Shown here piece after piece: positions 1-8,203 of a stretch of 64,000 nucleotides of DNA. Position 1 is the stretch's first letter. Every line of letters starts with the position of its first letter. The translations under genes and the position numbers were made by a program. Below the pieces are notes generated by a model, which saw only the letters and a program-made list of their open reading frames with translations, searched no databases and was not told the origin of the DNA. The DNA lies in NCBI GenBank assembly GCA_963850215.1, contig CAWKKI010000004.1, positions 72,682 through 136,681 of the forward strand, given 5' to 3'. Source of the stretch: an uncultured Actinomycetota bacterium (GTDB lineage: Bacteria > Actinomycetota > Actinomycetes > UBA12327).

Positions 1-66
1 CAGAGCTGTGCCCAACCCCAACAACAGGCCGAGAACCGCCACTCTGCGCCACAAACGAATCTTCAT
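1..66 (-). CDS. partial CDS (5' end only) with a signal-peptide-like N-terminus MKIRLWRRVAVLGLLLGLGTAL, running off the window start
   Basis: ATG at 66..64 follows a G-rich SD-like stretch. Basic residues are followed by a hydrophobic run. It is co-directional with and 80 nt downstream of 146..565. It is absent from the ORF track because the window edge truncates it. Confidence 0.3.
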   Translation of the reverse strand, partial: MKIRLWRRVAVLGLLLGLGTAL

Positions 67-145
67 CGCCTAACCCCCAGATGAGAACCGCTTCCTACGC
101 AACCGTAACTTACGGGTCCGTAGGTTCACAACCCCTATCGGCCGA

Positions 146-565
146 TCATTTTGGCGGCTGTTTGCGTGCGATGTCCTGGGCAAGGTTGATGAAAGCCCGG
201 GCCAGCTTCTCGGGATCCACTTCCGGCCGGACTACGGCGCGCACCGTCACGTGCCGCTCGGCCTGCGGCTTTCGCTTGTTGACCGCTTTTGGTCGCACCT
301 GGCGCAAGGCCCAGACGGCCGCAGCCTCATCAAGTTTGGTGAGGGCCCGACCAGCCCGCTGCGGCAAACTCGGCCGAGCCGCCGAAATGGCTTGGCGATG
401 CGCCAGGAGCTGCAGGTCACTCATGTTCTTTGACGGCTGGAAGTAGTCGTGGAGGCACCACTGCTCTTGGGCGCTCAGGTAGCCGAAGGTGCCTGGGGCT
501 TTGGCCCACAAGTGCGCTAGGCGGTCGTGGATATGGAGGAAGTCGTGGTCGGTCAGGCGGGACAT
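146..565 (-). CDS. hypothetical protein; first copy of an N-terminal module that occurs three times in the window
   Basis: ORF track, 139 aa. It starts 9 nt after the stop of the RNase H-like gene on the same strand. The N-terminal DFLHIHDRLAHLWAKAPGTFGYLSAQEQWCLHDYFQPSK recurs at the N-termini of 3197..4786 and 29691..30038. The C-terminal VTVRAVVRPEVDPEKLARAFINLA resembles LSVRGLRHDPPDPKRLSRAFIGLA in 44905..45144. I recognise no family. Confidence 0.55.
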   Translation of the reverse strand: MSRLTDHDFLHIHDRLAHLWAKAPGTFGYLSAQEQWCLHDYFQPSKNMSDLQLLAHRQAISAARPSLPQRAGRALTKLDEAAAVWALRQVRPKAVNKRKPQAERHVTVRAVVRPEVDPEKLARAFINLAQDIARKQPPK

Positions 566-574
566 TCGCTCATG

Positions 575-1395
575 TCAACCGACAACCGCGGCCGTCTTTC
601 CTACTTCCCTGAAGCATTTCGCGATTTCTGGGTTCCTCGTGTCCGTGCCCATCCGAACGAAGTAGGTGTGGCCGGCCCTCAACAAAAAGGGCGCATAGGC
701 AAAATCGACCTTCTGAAAGTAGGGACTGGCCTTGGACATTACCTCGTACCTGTACTTGTAACAGCGCTGCACGCGCAGGTACTCGTCTTCGATGATGCGG
801 ATCGTCAGTCGCTGCCCCGTCAGCTTCACGCTGCCGCGCTCGACGGACTCTGATGACTTATTGCGCGAACTGCTTTGACCGTAAGAGGGCGCGGGTTGGC
901 CTTTGGCCGAACTCTTGGCGAGTTTGTCAGCCGCCTTGTTGTGAGTACTTGCCCTGTGTCCCTTGACCCACTCGATGTCAACACGTCGCGGGGTTGCGTT
1001 GCGTACGGCCTTAATGAGCTGCTTCCAAAGATCAGCATTGGCAACGGGGGCACCGTCTTTGGTACGCCAGCGGGTCTTGGGCCACGTGAACATCGCGTTC
1101 GGGTAGTTGTCCACGACATACATCGAGTCAGTTTTGATCAGAATGCGCGTGTACTGAGACCGGTTGGTGATGGGAGACCTGCGACCACAGATGAACTCGA
1201 TCGCCTCGATGCAGGCAAGCAACTCCATCTGCTGATTGGTCGCGCCTTGAACGCCTTGTGGCTGATGATCGGTTCCTCTTCGTCGCCCGCACCGTTGATG
1301 GTGATGATGCGGATCCCCATGCCCCCGACGCGGGGATGTGAGTACGACGAGCCGTCCGTGAAAACGTTGATGGCGTGCTCGTCAAGGTTGTCCAT
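575..1395 (-). pseudogene. RNase HI-like protein with a ~100-aa C-terminal extension, interrupted by one single-nt frameshift
   Basis: The N-terminal part is in one frame from ATG 1395 (MDNLDEHAINVFTDGSSYSHPRVGGMGIRIITING..KAFK). The rest is ORF 575..1228 (..GATNQQMELLACIEAIEF..ILIKTDSMYVVD..WVKGHRASTHNKAADKLA). The RNase H DEDD residues line up only if one nt is restored near 1243-1250 (CAAGGCG-TT-CAAGGCG context). ATG 1395 lies 2 nt after the DUF3892 stop. Confidence 0.7.
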
Positions 1396-1397
1396 CC

Positions 1398-1673
1398 TCA
1401 GAACCTGGGCAGCGCCAAGAGGTTGTCGGTCCAACGACCATCCTTGTATGTACGAACGTAGGGCGGTGCGTTCTCTGGTCTGACAACGCCCACGTAAACC
1501 GCTCCCTGAGCGTCCTGAACGATTGCCTGGTTGCCCTGGCTGGATAACCAATCAACTAGTTGCTGGCGAGTGAGTGTGCCAATTGCATTGGTAGCGGTGT
1601 TCTTCCACGACAAATCTGTGATGTGTTCGTGTCCAGTGCCTCCGGACTGGCGGATGGCAGTAATTTCAATCAT
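1398..1673 (-). CDS. DUF3892-like small protein
   Basis: ORF track, trimmed to ATG 1673, which has AGGAG 6 nt upstream. MIEITAIRQSGG..HEHITDL..YVRTYKDGRWTDNLLALP matches my recollection of the DUF3892 consensus, with DG.WTDNLL.LP near the C-terminus. Confidence 0.7.
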   Translation of the reverse strand: MIEITAIRQSGGTGHEHITDLSWKNTATNAIGTLTRQQLVDWLSSQGNQAIVQDAQGAVYVGVVRPENAPPYVRTYKDGRWTDNLLALPRF

Positions 1674-1815
1674 TGTTTGCTCCTGATCTCGGAGAAGTCC
1701 CACCCCGAGAAAATATCTATATGAGAGCAGTATATCACATAGTGCAAGAATATTGACATGCGCGCAAAAGCATAAGCGTTTCGTTCAATCTGTTTCGTTG
1801 CGATGGCGACAACAC

Positions 1816-1867
1816 CATCGGTACATCCACCTCTAGAGCGATGTGCCCGATCGATAATGTACCGATG
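1816..1867. repeat. 11-bp perfect inverted repeat CATCGGTACAT / ATGTACCGATG with a 30-nt spacer
   Basis: Read directly from the sequence (1816..1826 and 1857..1867). It sits in the low-GC intergenic region upstream of the DUF3892 operon. Confidence 0.6.
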
Positions 1868-2081
1868 CCAAGGACCCTAAGGGACTTAACCCTGCCATCT
1901 GGGGTCGCACAACATCGATGGGTGAAGAAGTCAAAGGACGGCTAGAGCGATAGGACGCCCGACGCGACATAAAACGGCCCCTGTTACAGAGGCCGCATAC
2001 GCGAACAATCCGGACACTGGTGGTCCGGTGGGGACAGTTGGCGAACTCGTCCCCGCCACCCCCGTTACACCGAGCCCTTGA

Positions 2082-2465
2082 GGCCTATCGCCAGCTGGAA
2101 TTCGACGGCAAGATCCCGACCGGGGGATTCGCGGGTCGACCGGGCGCAACCTGCGCCTCAACACTGGTCAAGTAGCCGAACTCATCAGGCGCTACGAGGC
2201 TGGCGACACCGTCTATCAACTAGCAGCCCACTTCGACATTCGCCGGGCCACGGTCAGCAGCATCCTCACGAAGGCCGGGGTCCAGCTGCGGCTACGGCCA
2301 CCAACACCACTGGTGATCGCCGACATGGTGCGCCTCTACGAATCGGGGCTCTCCCTAGCCGCCGTCAGCCAGTACCTGCATTTCGATCCGACCACCGTGC
2401 TGCGCTACCTACGACTGCAGGGCGTGGTCACCCGAGATTGTCAGGGACGGGAAAGGCCGTGCTAG
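2082..2465 (+). pseudogene. start-less fragment encoding two tandem HTH units (resolvase / sigma-70 region-4 type)
   Basis: The frame is open 2082..2465 with no start codon. It translates as ..TGQVAELIRRYEAGDTVYQLAAHFDIRRATVSSILTKAGVQL..IADMVRLYESGLSLAAVSQYLHFDPTTVLRYLRLQGV... The C-terminal part of 9846..10268 has the same architecture. The listed ORF 2078..2473 is a different frame. Confidence 0.45.
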
Positions 2466-2580
2466 CTGGCTAAGACCACTTCCCTCCACCGCGGCCCGAA
2501 CCAGCACCGCTGAACTCTCATCACCGCGGCTCAATGAACGGGATCCAGGCCAACTGGACCGATTTACGGGGGCCGGACAG
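2436..2580 (+). repeat. long direct repeat, copy 1 (85-nt core 2436..2520 plus an IS-end-like motif at 2552..2580)
   Basis: gattgtcagggacgggaaaggccgtgctagctggctaagaccacttccctccaccgcggcccgaaccagcaccgctgaactctca matches 17715..17799 with about 4 mismatches. It is followed, after a 30-nt insertion relative to copy 2, by aactggaccgatttacgggggccggacag. Confidence 0.85.
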
Positions 2581-2627
2581 TCCGTACACGATTCCTATGC
2601 GTTTCTCCATTGCGCGCTTGGCAACCT

Positions 2628-3200
2628 TCAGATGGCCCGGTCGCCGCCGAGTGAAAGCTTGCTGATCGTGCGCTGGAACTCATTGAGGGGTCGAACAGCA
2701 GCGTGCAGTTCGCGCCCATCAATCGTTTTCACGCGCAATTCACCGACGTCCCTAGGGCGACGTGGAAACTGCGCGACCGAGACCCGCGAGACGTCGGACC
2801 AGGTCACCTCGAGTCGCGTGCGCAGACCCATCCAGCGTCCGACGTCGTCCAGTTCAATACAAAGCCGAGTTGCGCTGATGGCTAACACGCCCGGTACGCG
2901 GCCGCCCAGCATCGCACCAAACAACCTTGCTCTCACTGTTGGTTCTAACGGCGGCGCAAGGAAGCGTCCAACTTCCTTAATTTGGAGGTCTGTTGAGCAT
3001 CGAGAGAGCACTGTTGCGTCGCCTGGCACGCTTGGGGAAGGACTCGGGTTTATGGCGCGGAGGCCGATCAAGACGCCCGCTGCAATCGCCACCAGAATCA
3101 GGCCGGTTGCGAATGGCCAACTTTGGCCCCCCGCCACCGCCAACACGATCAATATGCATCCCGCGGCGGCGAGTGCGCCGACGAAAACCTTGATCTTCAC
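2628..3200 (-). CDS. membrane protein with a soluble C-terminal domain; immunity candidate for the upstream RHS-type tip
   Basis: ORF track, 190 aa. Its start overlaps the stop of 3197..4786 by 4 nt. It has two N-terminal hydrophobic helices (VFVGALAAAGCILIVLAVAG, FATGLILVAIAAGVLIGL) followed by ~120 aa of soluble sequence. Confidence 0.55.
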   Translation of the reverse strand: MKIKVFVGALAAAGCILIVLAVAGGQSWPFATGLILVAIAAGVLIGLRAINPSPSPSVPGDATVLSRCSTDLQIKEVGRFLAPPLEPTVRARLFGAMLGGRVPGVLAISATRLCIELDDVGRWMGLRTRLEVTWSDVSRVSVAQFPRRPRDVGELRVKTIDGRELHAAVRPLNEFQRTISKLSLGGDRAI

Positions 3201-4786
3201 AACTTGTCCACATTAGGCAGCTGTTGATAATTGGGTGCTGGGGACTGATTTCTCGGGCAGCCAGGGTCCCCTGTAGCGGGAATGTCCGGACCGTTCGGCG
3301 AAGTCGTCGATGGATCGGAAAAGGGTCCGGTCAGTGACTCTACGTCCAACATTGCTTGAATCGACCGGATAAATAGGCCTGAGCCGGCCATACCTAGTAC
3401 TGCCCCCGCGACCGTCGCTGCGGCCGCAAACGCGGCAGCCTCCTCAGCGGCACTGCATTGAGCCGGCGTGCCCCAGCCGCATTGCACCTCGGCAGCATCC
3501 ACCGCGTAAACCGTCGACACCGCGCCGAGCGCCAACCCCAACGGACGAGCGCCCGCGAAGTCCGCGACGGTCGCGGCCGCACCAGCGCCTACAGCGACAG
3601 TTGTGAACGTGTCTGCAGCCAAACAGTGGATGGCGAAGCACATAAGCCCGGTCGGATCACTTCCGTTAACGGGGTCGCCGCTCGAGTAGAAATAAGGGGC
3701 GCCAGTAAGTTCGGTTCGCGGGTCGGCGCTCGCAAATTGTCCGGTGGATGGGTCGTACCAGCGGGCGCGTAGGTAGATCCAACCTGTGCTCGGGTCGCTG
3801 TATTGGCCGTCCCATCCGAGAGGCAGGGGAGTCGATCCCGAGTGCGAGGACAAACTGCCGTAGGGGTCATAACTCCACGTGGCGCTGACTGTGCCGCCAA
3901 CGTTCGTGCTGTAGATGAAGGCAACTTCGCCATTGGGTTGAACAGTCGCGCCCGGGAGTGCCGCCGCGAACTTAAGTACGTTCACAGAGGCAACTCGAAG
4001 CGCCTCACTGTTCTGATAGATCGACGCTTTCAAAGATCCTGGCGACGCCCACCGGACGTAGACCCCCCGGCTTGGCGCAGTTGGGGTCCAACCGTCTGCA
4101 CGCAAGAGGTCGTGAACCCGGCGCGCATGATCGGATCCCGTGTAACGGACGAATCGATCAATCATGAAACTGACTGCCGATGCCTGGTCGCGTCGAAAGC
4201 CGCGTTCCGTCAACTCGTCGCTGAACGTCTCAACGATCTCCTCGGCAGTCTCTGCATCCACGCGATCGACGGTGCGCTCAAGTGTGCTGAGCGCAGCCTG
4301 CGCCATCACCATTTCAGAATCACCGAATCTGAAACTGGTGGGAACCAACCCGAAGACGGCGAGAAGGAGAAACACGCCCCCGACGAGTAACAGCACCGCG
4401 GCGCCTATTCCGTTGTCTGTTGCAAAGACTGCAACGACGCCTGTTCCGAGCGCGGACGCTCCGACCACAGCAGAGACAATGCGCTCCCACCAGGGCACCC
4501 GTCGATTGATCGCCGACCTCGTTGGACCATCTGGGGTTGCCACAGACCTATGGTGACGAAAGAGTTGAAACAGCGGGGCACTTTCGTCAGCAAAGCAACG
4601 AGTCCCGGCCTCGGCGTGGCAGATCAGCAGCGCCTTGTTCGACAGATCCTTGGACGGCCGGAAGGAGTCGTGGAGGCGCCACGGCTCAGTCGGAGTTAGG
4701 TAGCAGAACACACTGTTGGCATGCGAACACAGCCGAGCTAGACGGTGGTGAATTTGGAGGTAGTCGGGGTTGGAAAGGCGGGGCAT
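3197..4786 (-). CDS. chimeric protein: repeated N-terminal module + 2 TM helices + RHS core-end motif + Ala/Gly-rich hydrophobic C-terminal tip
   Basis: ORF track, 529 aa. The N-terminus PDYLQIHHRLARL..FCYLTPTEPWRLHDSFRPSK is paralogous to 146..565. The TM region is VVGASALGTGVVAVFA / AAVLLLVGGVFLLLAVFGLV. The mid-protein segment WSYDPYGSL..GWDGQYSDPSTGWIYLRARWYDPSTGQFASADP..YFYSSGDPVNGSDPTGL is the canonical RHS core terminus, but no YD-repeat shell precedes it. The gene starts 12 nt after the stop of 4799..6316. Confidence 0.7.
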   Translation of the reverse strand: MPRLSNPDYLQIHHRLARLCSHANSVFCYLTPTEPWRLHDSFRPSKDLSNKALLICHAEAGTRCFADESAPLFQLFRHHRSVATPDGPTRSAINRRVPWWERIVSAVVGASALGTGVVAVFATDNGIGAAVLLLVGGVFLLLAVFGLVPTSFRFGDSEMVMAQAALSTLERTVDRVDAETAEEIVETFSDELTERGFRRDQASAVSFMIDRFVRYTGSDHARRVHDLLRADGWTPTAPSRGVYVRWASPGSLKASIYQNSEALRVASVNVLKFAAALPGATVQPNGEVAFIYSTNVGGTVSATWSYDPYGSLSSHSGSTPLPLGWDGQYSDPSTGWIYLRARWYDPSTGQFASADPRTELTGAPYFYSSGDPVNGSDPTGLMCFAIHCLAADTFTTVAVGAGAAATVADFAGARPLGLALGAVSTVYAVDAAEVQCGWGTPAQCSAAEEAAAFAAAATVAGAVLGMAGSGLFIRSIQAMLDVESLTGPFSDPSTTSPNGPDIPATGDPGCPRNQSPAPNYQQLPNVDKL

Positions 4787-4798
4787 GCAACTTGTCGG

Positions 4799-6316
4799 CT
4801 AAGCCCGTGATGCCGAGACCTTGTTGTCGGCTCGCGCATCGATGACAACAACGGACTCTTCACCTATCAGCTTGAGTTCAGTCAATATGGCATGCACCCG
4901 AACCTGTTCCTCTGCGGTGTAGCAGAGAATGACCTTCACGCTGCTGCGCGTGCCATTGGCCTTCTCGTAGATCTCAACCTGCTTTTGCAAATTTCGTTTG
5001 AGTTGACTGTTGCTTGCCAGTTTGAACTCGATCAACGTCTTGTCGACGGCACCCTTGCTGACCTTAAAGTCCACGGGGCCGCGGCCGTTGTTCGGCTCGC
5101 GGTTGATGTCGAACTCGGTGCCGAAGAAGATCAGTCCGAAGAATAGTTGGACGTCGCTCTCCCGAGAGAACGGCTTATCGCGGCCTTGCTTGTTGATCAG
5201 TTTGTAGCCGTCCTGATTCTCGACGTACTGCTTGAACCCAAGAACACGCTTGAGCGCTTCGCTGTAACTTGACACGTTGCCCTGAGTCAGCGCTTGACGC
5301 AGGGCTGGATCTGCGATGGCCGACTTGACCATCTCAACAAGTAGCCGCTCGGTCTCGTTGCGCTTTTCTTGGCTGACGTGGACTGCACGGTCGCCGGCAT
5401 CCTCTTGCATTCGGATGTACCGGTCGATCAGCTCAGGAAACTCTTGAAGTGTGCGATCAGCGGCTCGGACTCGGTCCTTGGCGGTGGGCTTCTGCCCCAG
5501 CTGACCGCTGAAGTAGTTGTTGATCTGCGCGCGGAGTTGGTCGTCGTCGACTGCTGCCGGCAGGCGATGAAAGTTGCGGACCATGTCGGTTCGGCTGATC
5601 CAAGTGTCGTCACGAGTGAGCATGTCCAGCGGGGTTAGAAGCACAAAGTCGCCGTCGAAGCGCGGCAGGTAGTACGACCGCGTGACCCAGGCCTCTGTGT
5701 CGTAGTTGAAGGAGGCCCTGGGCACAGCGAACATGGCACACATCTCCGCGGGGAGATGTTCCTGCGCGAACTTCTGCGTGTACTCGAGGAGGTAGTTCTT
5801 GATCAGATTGGTTGTGAAGTCACTGATGTTGTCTCGGCCAACACCTGATTTGATCAGCGCCACCTTTTCGAGGTGGCTGCCGTGCGTGATGGTTTCGGTC
5901 CCAAACGACTGCAAGATGGACCCGAGGGCGCCATGCAGTGCGCGCGCAAAGTCCTCGCCGAGACCACTTCCCGAGTTGCCCAACAGCGTGAAGCCGAACC
6001 AATTCTGCTTCACCTCTTTGAAGCAGTACAAGTTGCGGATCAGTGCCGGGTCGAGACCGTCGTCGGCCTTGTCACGGAGGAAGGTCAGGTACCTGATGAT
6101 CGCCTGATGAAGGGCCTGGTACTCGGGGCGTTCACTATGAAACAGCAGGAACGGATCTACGAAGAGAGGCAGATCCGAAACCAAGTTGATGTCGAAGGCG
6201 CCGTACTCATCGAGCACGTTGGGATCAATCCCAAACACTTGGGAAAAGTACAGATCGCCGTTCATCCGCGCCCTCGCCCAATCGATTCGGTCCGTGTAGC
6301 GCCGACGTCCCAACAC
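4799..6316 (-). CDS. large protein with a C-terminal PD-(D/E)XK nuclease-like motif; candidate effector
   Basis: ORF track, 505 aa (GTG 6316; an alternative ATG at 6265 has GAGGG upstream). The C-terminus reads SRESDVQLFF..GRGPVDFKVSKGAVDKTLIEFKLASN, giving the E / D / ExK arrangement of restriction-endonuclease-fold proteins. I do not recognise the N-terminal ~380 aa (FGIDPNVLDEYGAFDINLVSDLPLFVDPFLLF..). It lies 40 nt downstream of the JAMM-E1 gene on the same strand. Confidence 0.65.
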   Translation of the reverse strand: MLGRRRYTDRIDWARARMNGDLYFSQVFGIDPNVLDEYGAFDINLVSDLPLFVDPFLLFHSERPEYQALHQAIIRYLTFLRDKADDGLDPALIRNLYCFKEVKQNWFGFTLLGNSGSGLGEDFARALHGALGSILQSFGTETITHGSHLEKVALIKSGVGRDNISDFTTNLIKNYLLEYTQKFAQEHLPAEMCAMFAVPRASFNYDTEAWVTRSYYLPRFDGDFVLLTPLDMLTRDDTWISRTDMVRNFHRLPAAVDDDQLRAQINNYFSGQLGQKPTAKDRVRAADRTLQEFPELIDRYIRMQEDAGDRAVHVSQEKRNETERLLVEMVKSAIADPALRQALTQGNVSSYSEALKRVLGFKQYVENQDGYKLINKQGRDKPFSRESDVQLFFGLIFFGTEFDINREPNNGRGPVDFKVSKGAVDKTLIEFKLASNSQLKRNLQKQVEIYEKANGTRSSVKVILCYTAEEQVRVHAILTELKLIGEESVVVIDARADNKVSASRA

Positions 6317-6356
6317 AATTCGACTTCCAGCGAAGTCCTTCCATCCGTGATGGATG

Positions 6357-7802
6357 TCATTTCGAAGATTCCAGCTTCACGGGGAGGCGCCGCGCAGACC
6401 CTCGCCCGAGACGCCCCTCAGTGGTGCACTCTGTACAGGCCGGCGACGAACTCGGCACCTCTCTAATGAACTCATTGGTGCGCGGGTTGTGACGGATCCA
6501 GGTGAGTTCGCCCGGCTCCCGCAGCCCGGTCATGTCCATCAAGAACCCGTCCGTGGCGAGCGAGGCGGCAATCGCGTTCAAGGTGATGACGCTCGGCGCT
6601 GGCACGTCAGCGTCATCGACGTATCGCTGTCGTCGCACCTGATTTGGATCAGTGGCCTCCTCTTGAAGCTGGTCCGCGAGGATCAGACCGTTGCACCAAA
6701 GGCAACCTTGTCCGGGAAGCACTGGTCGAGTCACGGTGAAGACATCGAGAATGTCGCCGCTGTCTCTTTCGATCTGCACCTTGACACCCATCTGAACGCC
6801 CGGAATCAGGTATTGGTGCACGAGCGCGTTGAAGACCAGACGCGATTGCATGGAGTCCGCGGCGAGGAACAGGTAGTCGCAGTCACACAAGCTGCTGGCC
6901 ACTCCAGGGTCCACAACGTCGGCCCGAATCGGCACTACCTGGCCACGACCGCCCGTCTCATTTGCGTGGCGTGCTGCGATACGGACCTTTGATGTGCGCA
7001 GGCGTGGAAGCCAGTCCCCAACGAACATGAAGGCACTAAGCACCGGATGGACGTCTCGGCGGCGACTGCCCACCACGCGCGGCAGATTGGTCGGCTCGAT
7101 GGATTCCGGATCGATGACGACAACCTGGCCCACCCCCAGACGACTTAGCTGTTCGACGATCAATGACCCGGCGCCGCCAGCACCGATGACGCCCACCTTC
7201 AGTCCGGATAGGCGCGCTTGTCCTCGATCGCCAAATAGACGCGACTGACGGTCGAATCGGTCCGAGACGTGAGGTGGCGGTGCAGGCGGCGAGGACCGCA
7301 TCTCACGAATGGGCTGATTCGGCTCGACTAGAACCTGCAAGTCAGCCCGAGTCCCATCGGCGAACCAGATGTCCCCGGCGACGGCGTCGGCTGCAAACAC
7401 CAACGCCCCAACCGGTGGCCCATCGACGATGTCCAGCAGCGCCTGATATCCACGCTCGTGCGACTCCATGTCCGTGGCGGAGAAGCCGACTCGATCAGTG
7501 CCCCCGTGGCAATGAACTGCAAGGTAGGCCATCTGAAGATCGGCACATTCCAAGACGCAATCGAGCACAAAGTGGGCGGTAAGCATCCGGTAGCCATGTG
7601 TGCCCGGCAGATAGTCGATGCCATCGCGCGCAAGAAAGAGCCTGTGCACAAGCAAGCGCGTCCCGCGGGACGAGCGCAGAACGGACGCCGCCAGCACGGC
7701 GCCGTGCTCATCCCCATCGCCGGGAAAGAGGTGCTGACGCAACTGCCTCAGCAGTGTGGGCGGAAACCGCACGCTCACCGGCGTCACAGCGACTGCAGCC
7801 AT
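6357..7802 (-). CDS. JAB/JAMM metallopeptidase domain fused to an E1-like (ThiF/MoeB-family) adenylyltransferase domain
   Basis: ORF track 6357..7841, trimmed to ATG 7802. JAMM signature: GDEHGAVL (Glu) and AVHCHGGTDRVGFSATD (HxH-x8-S-x2-D). Rossmann motif: LKVGVIGAGGAGSLIVEQLSRLGVGQVVVIDPESIEPTNL. ThiF-type CxxC pairs: GCLWCNG and PACTECT. Confidence 0.85.
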   Translation of the reverse strand: MAAVAVTPVSVRFPPTLLRQLRQHLFPGDGDEHGAVLAASVLRSSRGTRLLVHRLFLARDGIDYLPGTHGYRMLTAHFVLDCVLECADLQMAYLAVHCHGGTDRVGFSATDMESHERGYQALLDIVDGPPVGALVFAADAVAGDIWFADGTRADLQVLVEPNQPIREMRSSPPAPPPHVSDRFDRQSRLFGDRGQARLSGLKVGVIGAGGAGSLIVEQLSRLGVGQVVVIDPESIEPTNLPRVVGSRRRDVHPVLSAFMFVGDWLPRLRTSKVRIAARHANETGGRGQVVPIRADVVDPGVASSLCDCDYLFLAADSMQSRLVFNALVHQYLIPGVQMGVKVQIERDSGDILDVFTVTRPVLPGQGCLWCNGLILADQLQEEATDPNQVRRQRYVDDADVPAPSVITLNAIAASLATDGFLMDMTGLREPGELTWIRHNPRTNEFIREVPSSSPACTECTTEGRLGRGSARRLPVKLESSK

Positions 7803-8197
7803 GCCAAGACCTTCTGCAGTTTGAGCGCGGCGGTGTCGCACGCTGGGTTCAACCCGTTGGAGCGCCGCGACAGTTGGATCGCGGGGAACGTCTGACCATC
7901 GATCTGATACGACCCGAGTGAACTGCCTTCGCCTAGCGGCAACCCGTTGGGCGAAGCGCCATCAGACCGTCGTACGTCAGGCCCGATGAAGTGTGGATAG
8001 ACATCCGACATTGGGTATTGAAAGGTGATGTGAAACCAAATCCACGTCGAGGCTGGCGAGTACTTGCTGCCCAAGTCGATCGGATCAACAGTCACGTAGG
8101 CGCCACCTTGGTTGTCGGCGACCGCGGTGACGGTCGCGTCCGGGAACGCCTCACGCAGCTCGGTCACCGCCATCTCGACTTCGGGGGTCAGCGTCAT
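7784..8197 (-). CDS. E2/UBC-like protein (prokaryotic E2 family)
   Basis: ORF track, 137 aa, located between the Ubl and E1 genes. It has an N-terminal helix, then WIWFHITFQYPMSDVYPHFIGP, which resembles the UBC ..F.i.FP..YP...P.v.F..HPN segment. The single Cys (C120, NPACD) lies outside the loop after YPHF, and that loop is Ser-rich (RRSDGAS, EGSS). The assignment rests on context plus pattern, not on a search. Confidence 0.6.
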   Translation of the reverse strand: MTLTPEVEMAVTELREAFPDATVTAVADNQGGAYVTVDPIDLGSKYSPASTWIWFHITFQYPMSDVYPHFIGPDVRRSDGASPNGLPLGEGSSLGSYQIDGQTFPAIQLSRRSNGLNPACDTAALKLQKVLAWLQSL

Positions 8198-8203
8198 GAC
8201 GTA

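Noticed and set aside
2078-2473. Listed 131-aa ORF (MRPIASWNSTARSRPGDS...)
   Set aside because: It is Arg/Ser/Pro-rich with no motifs. The alternative frame over the same DNA gives two clean HTH units homologous to 9846..10268, so the listed frame is treated as a GC-driven artefact.
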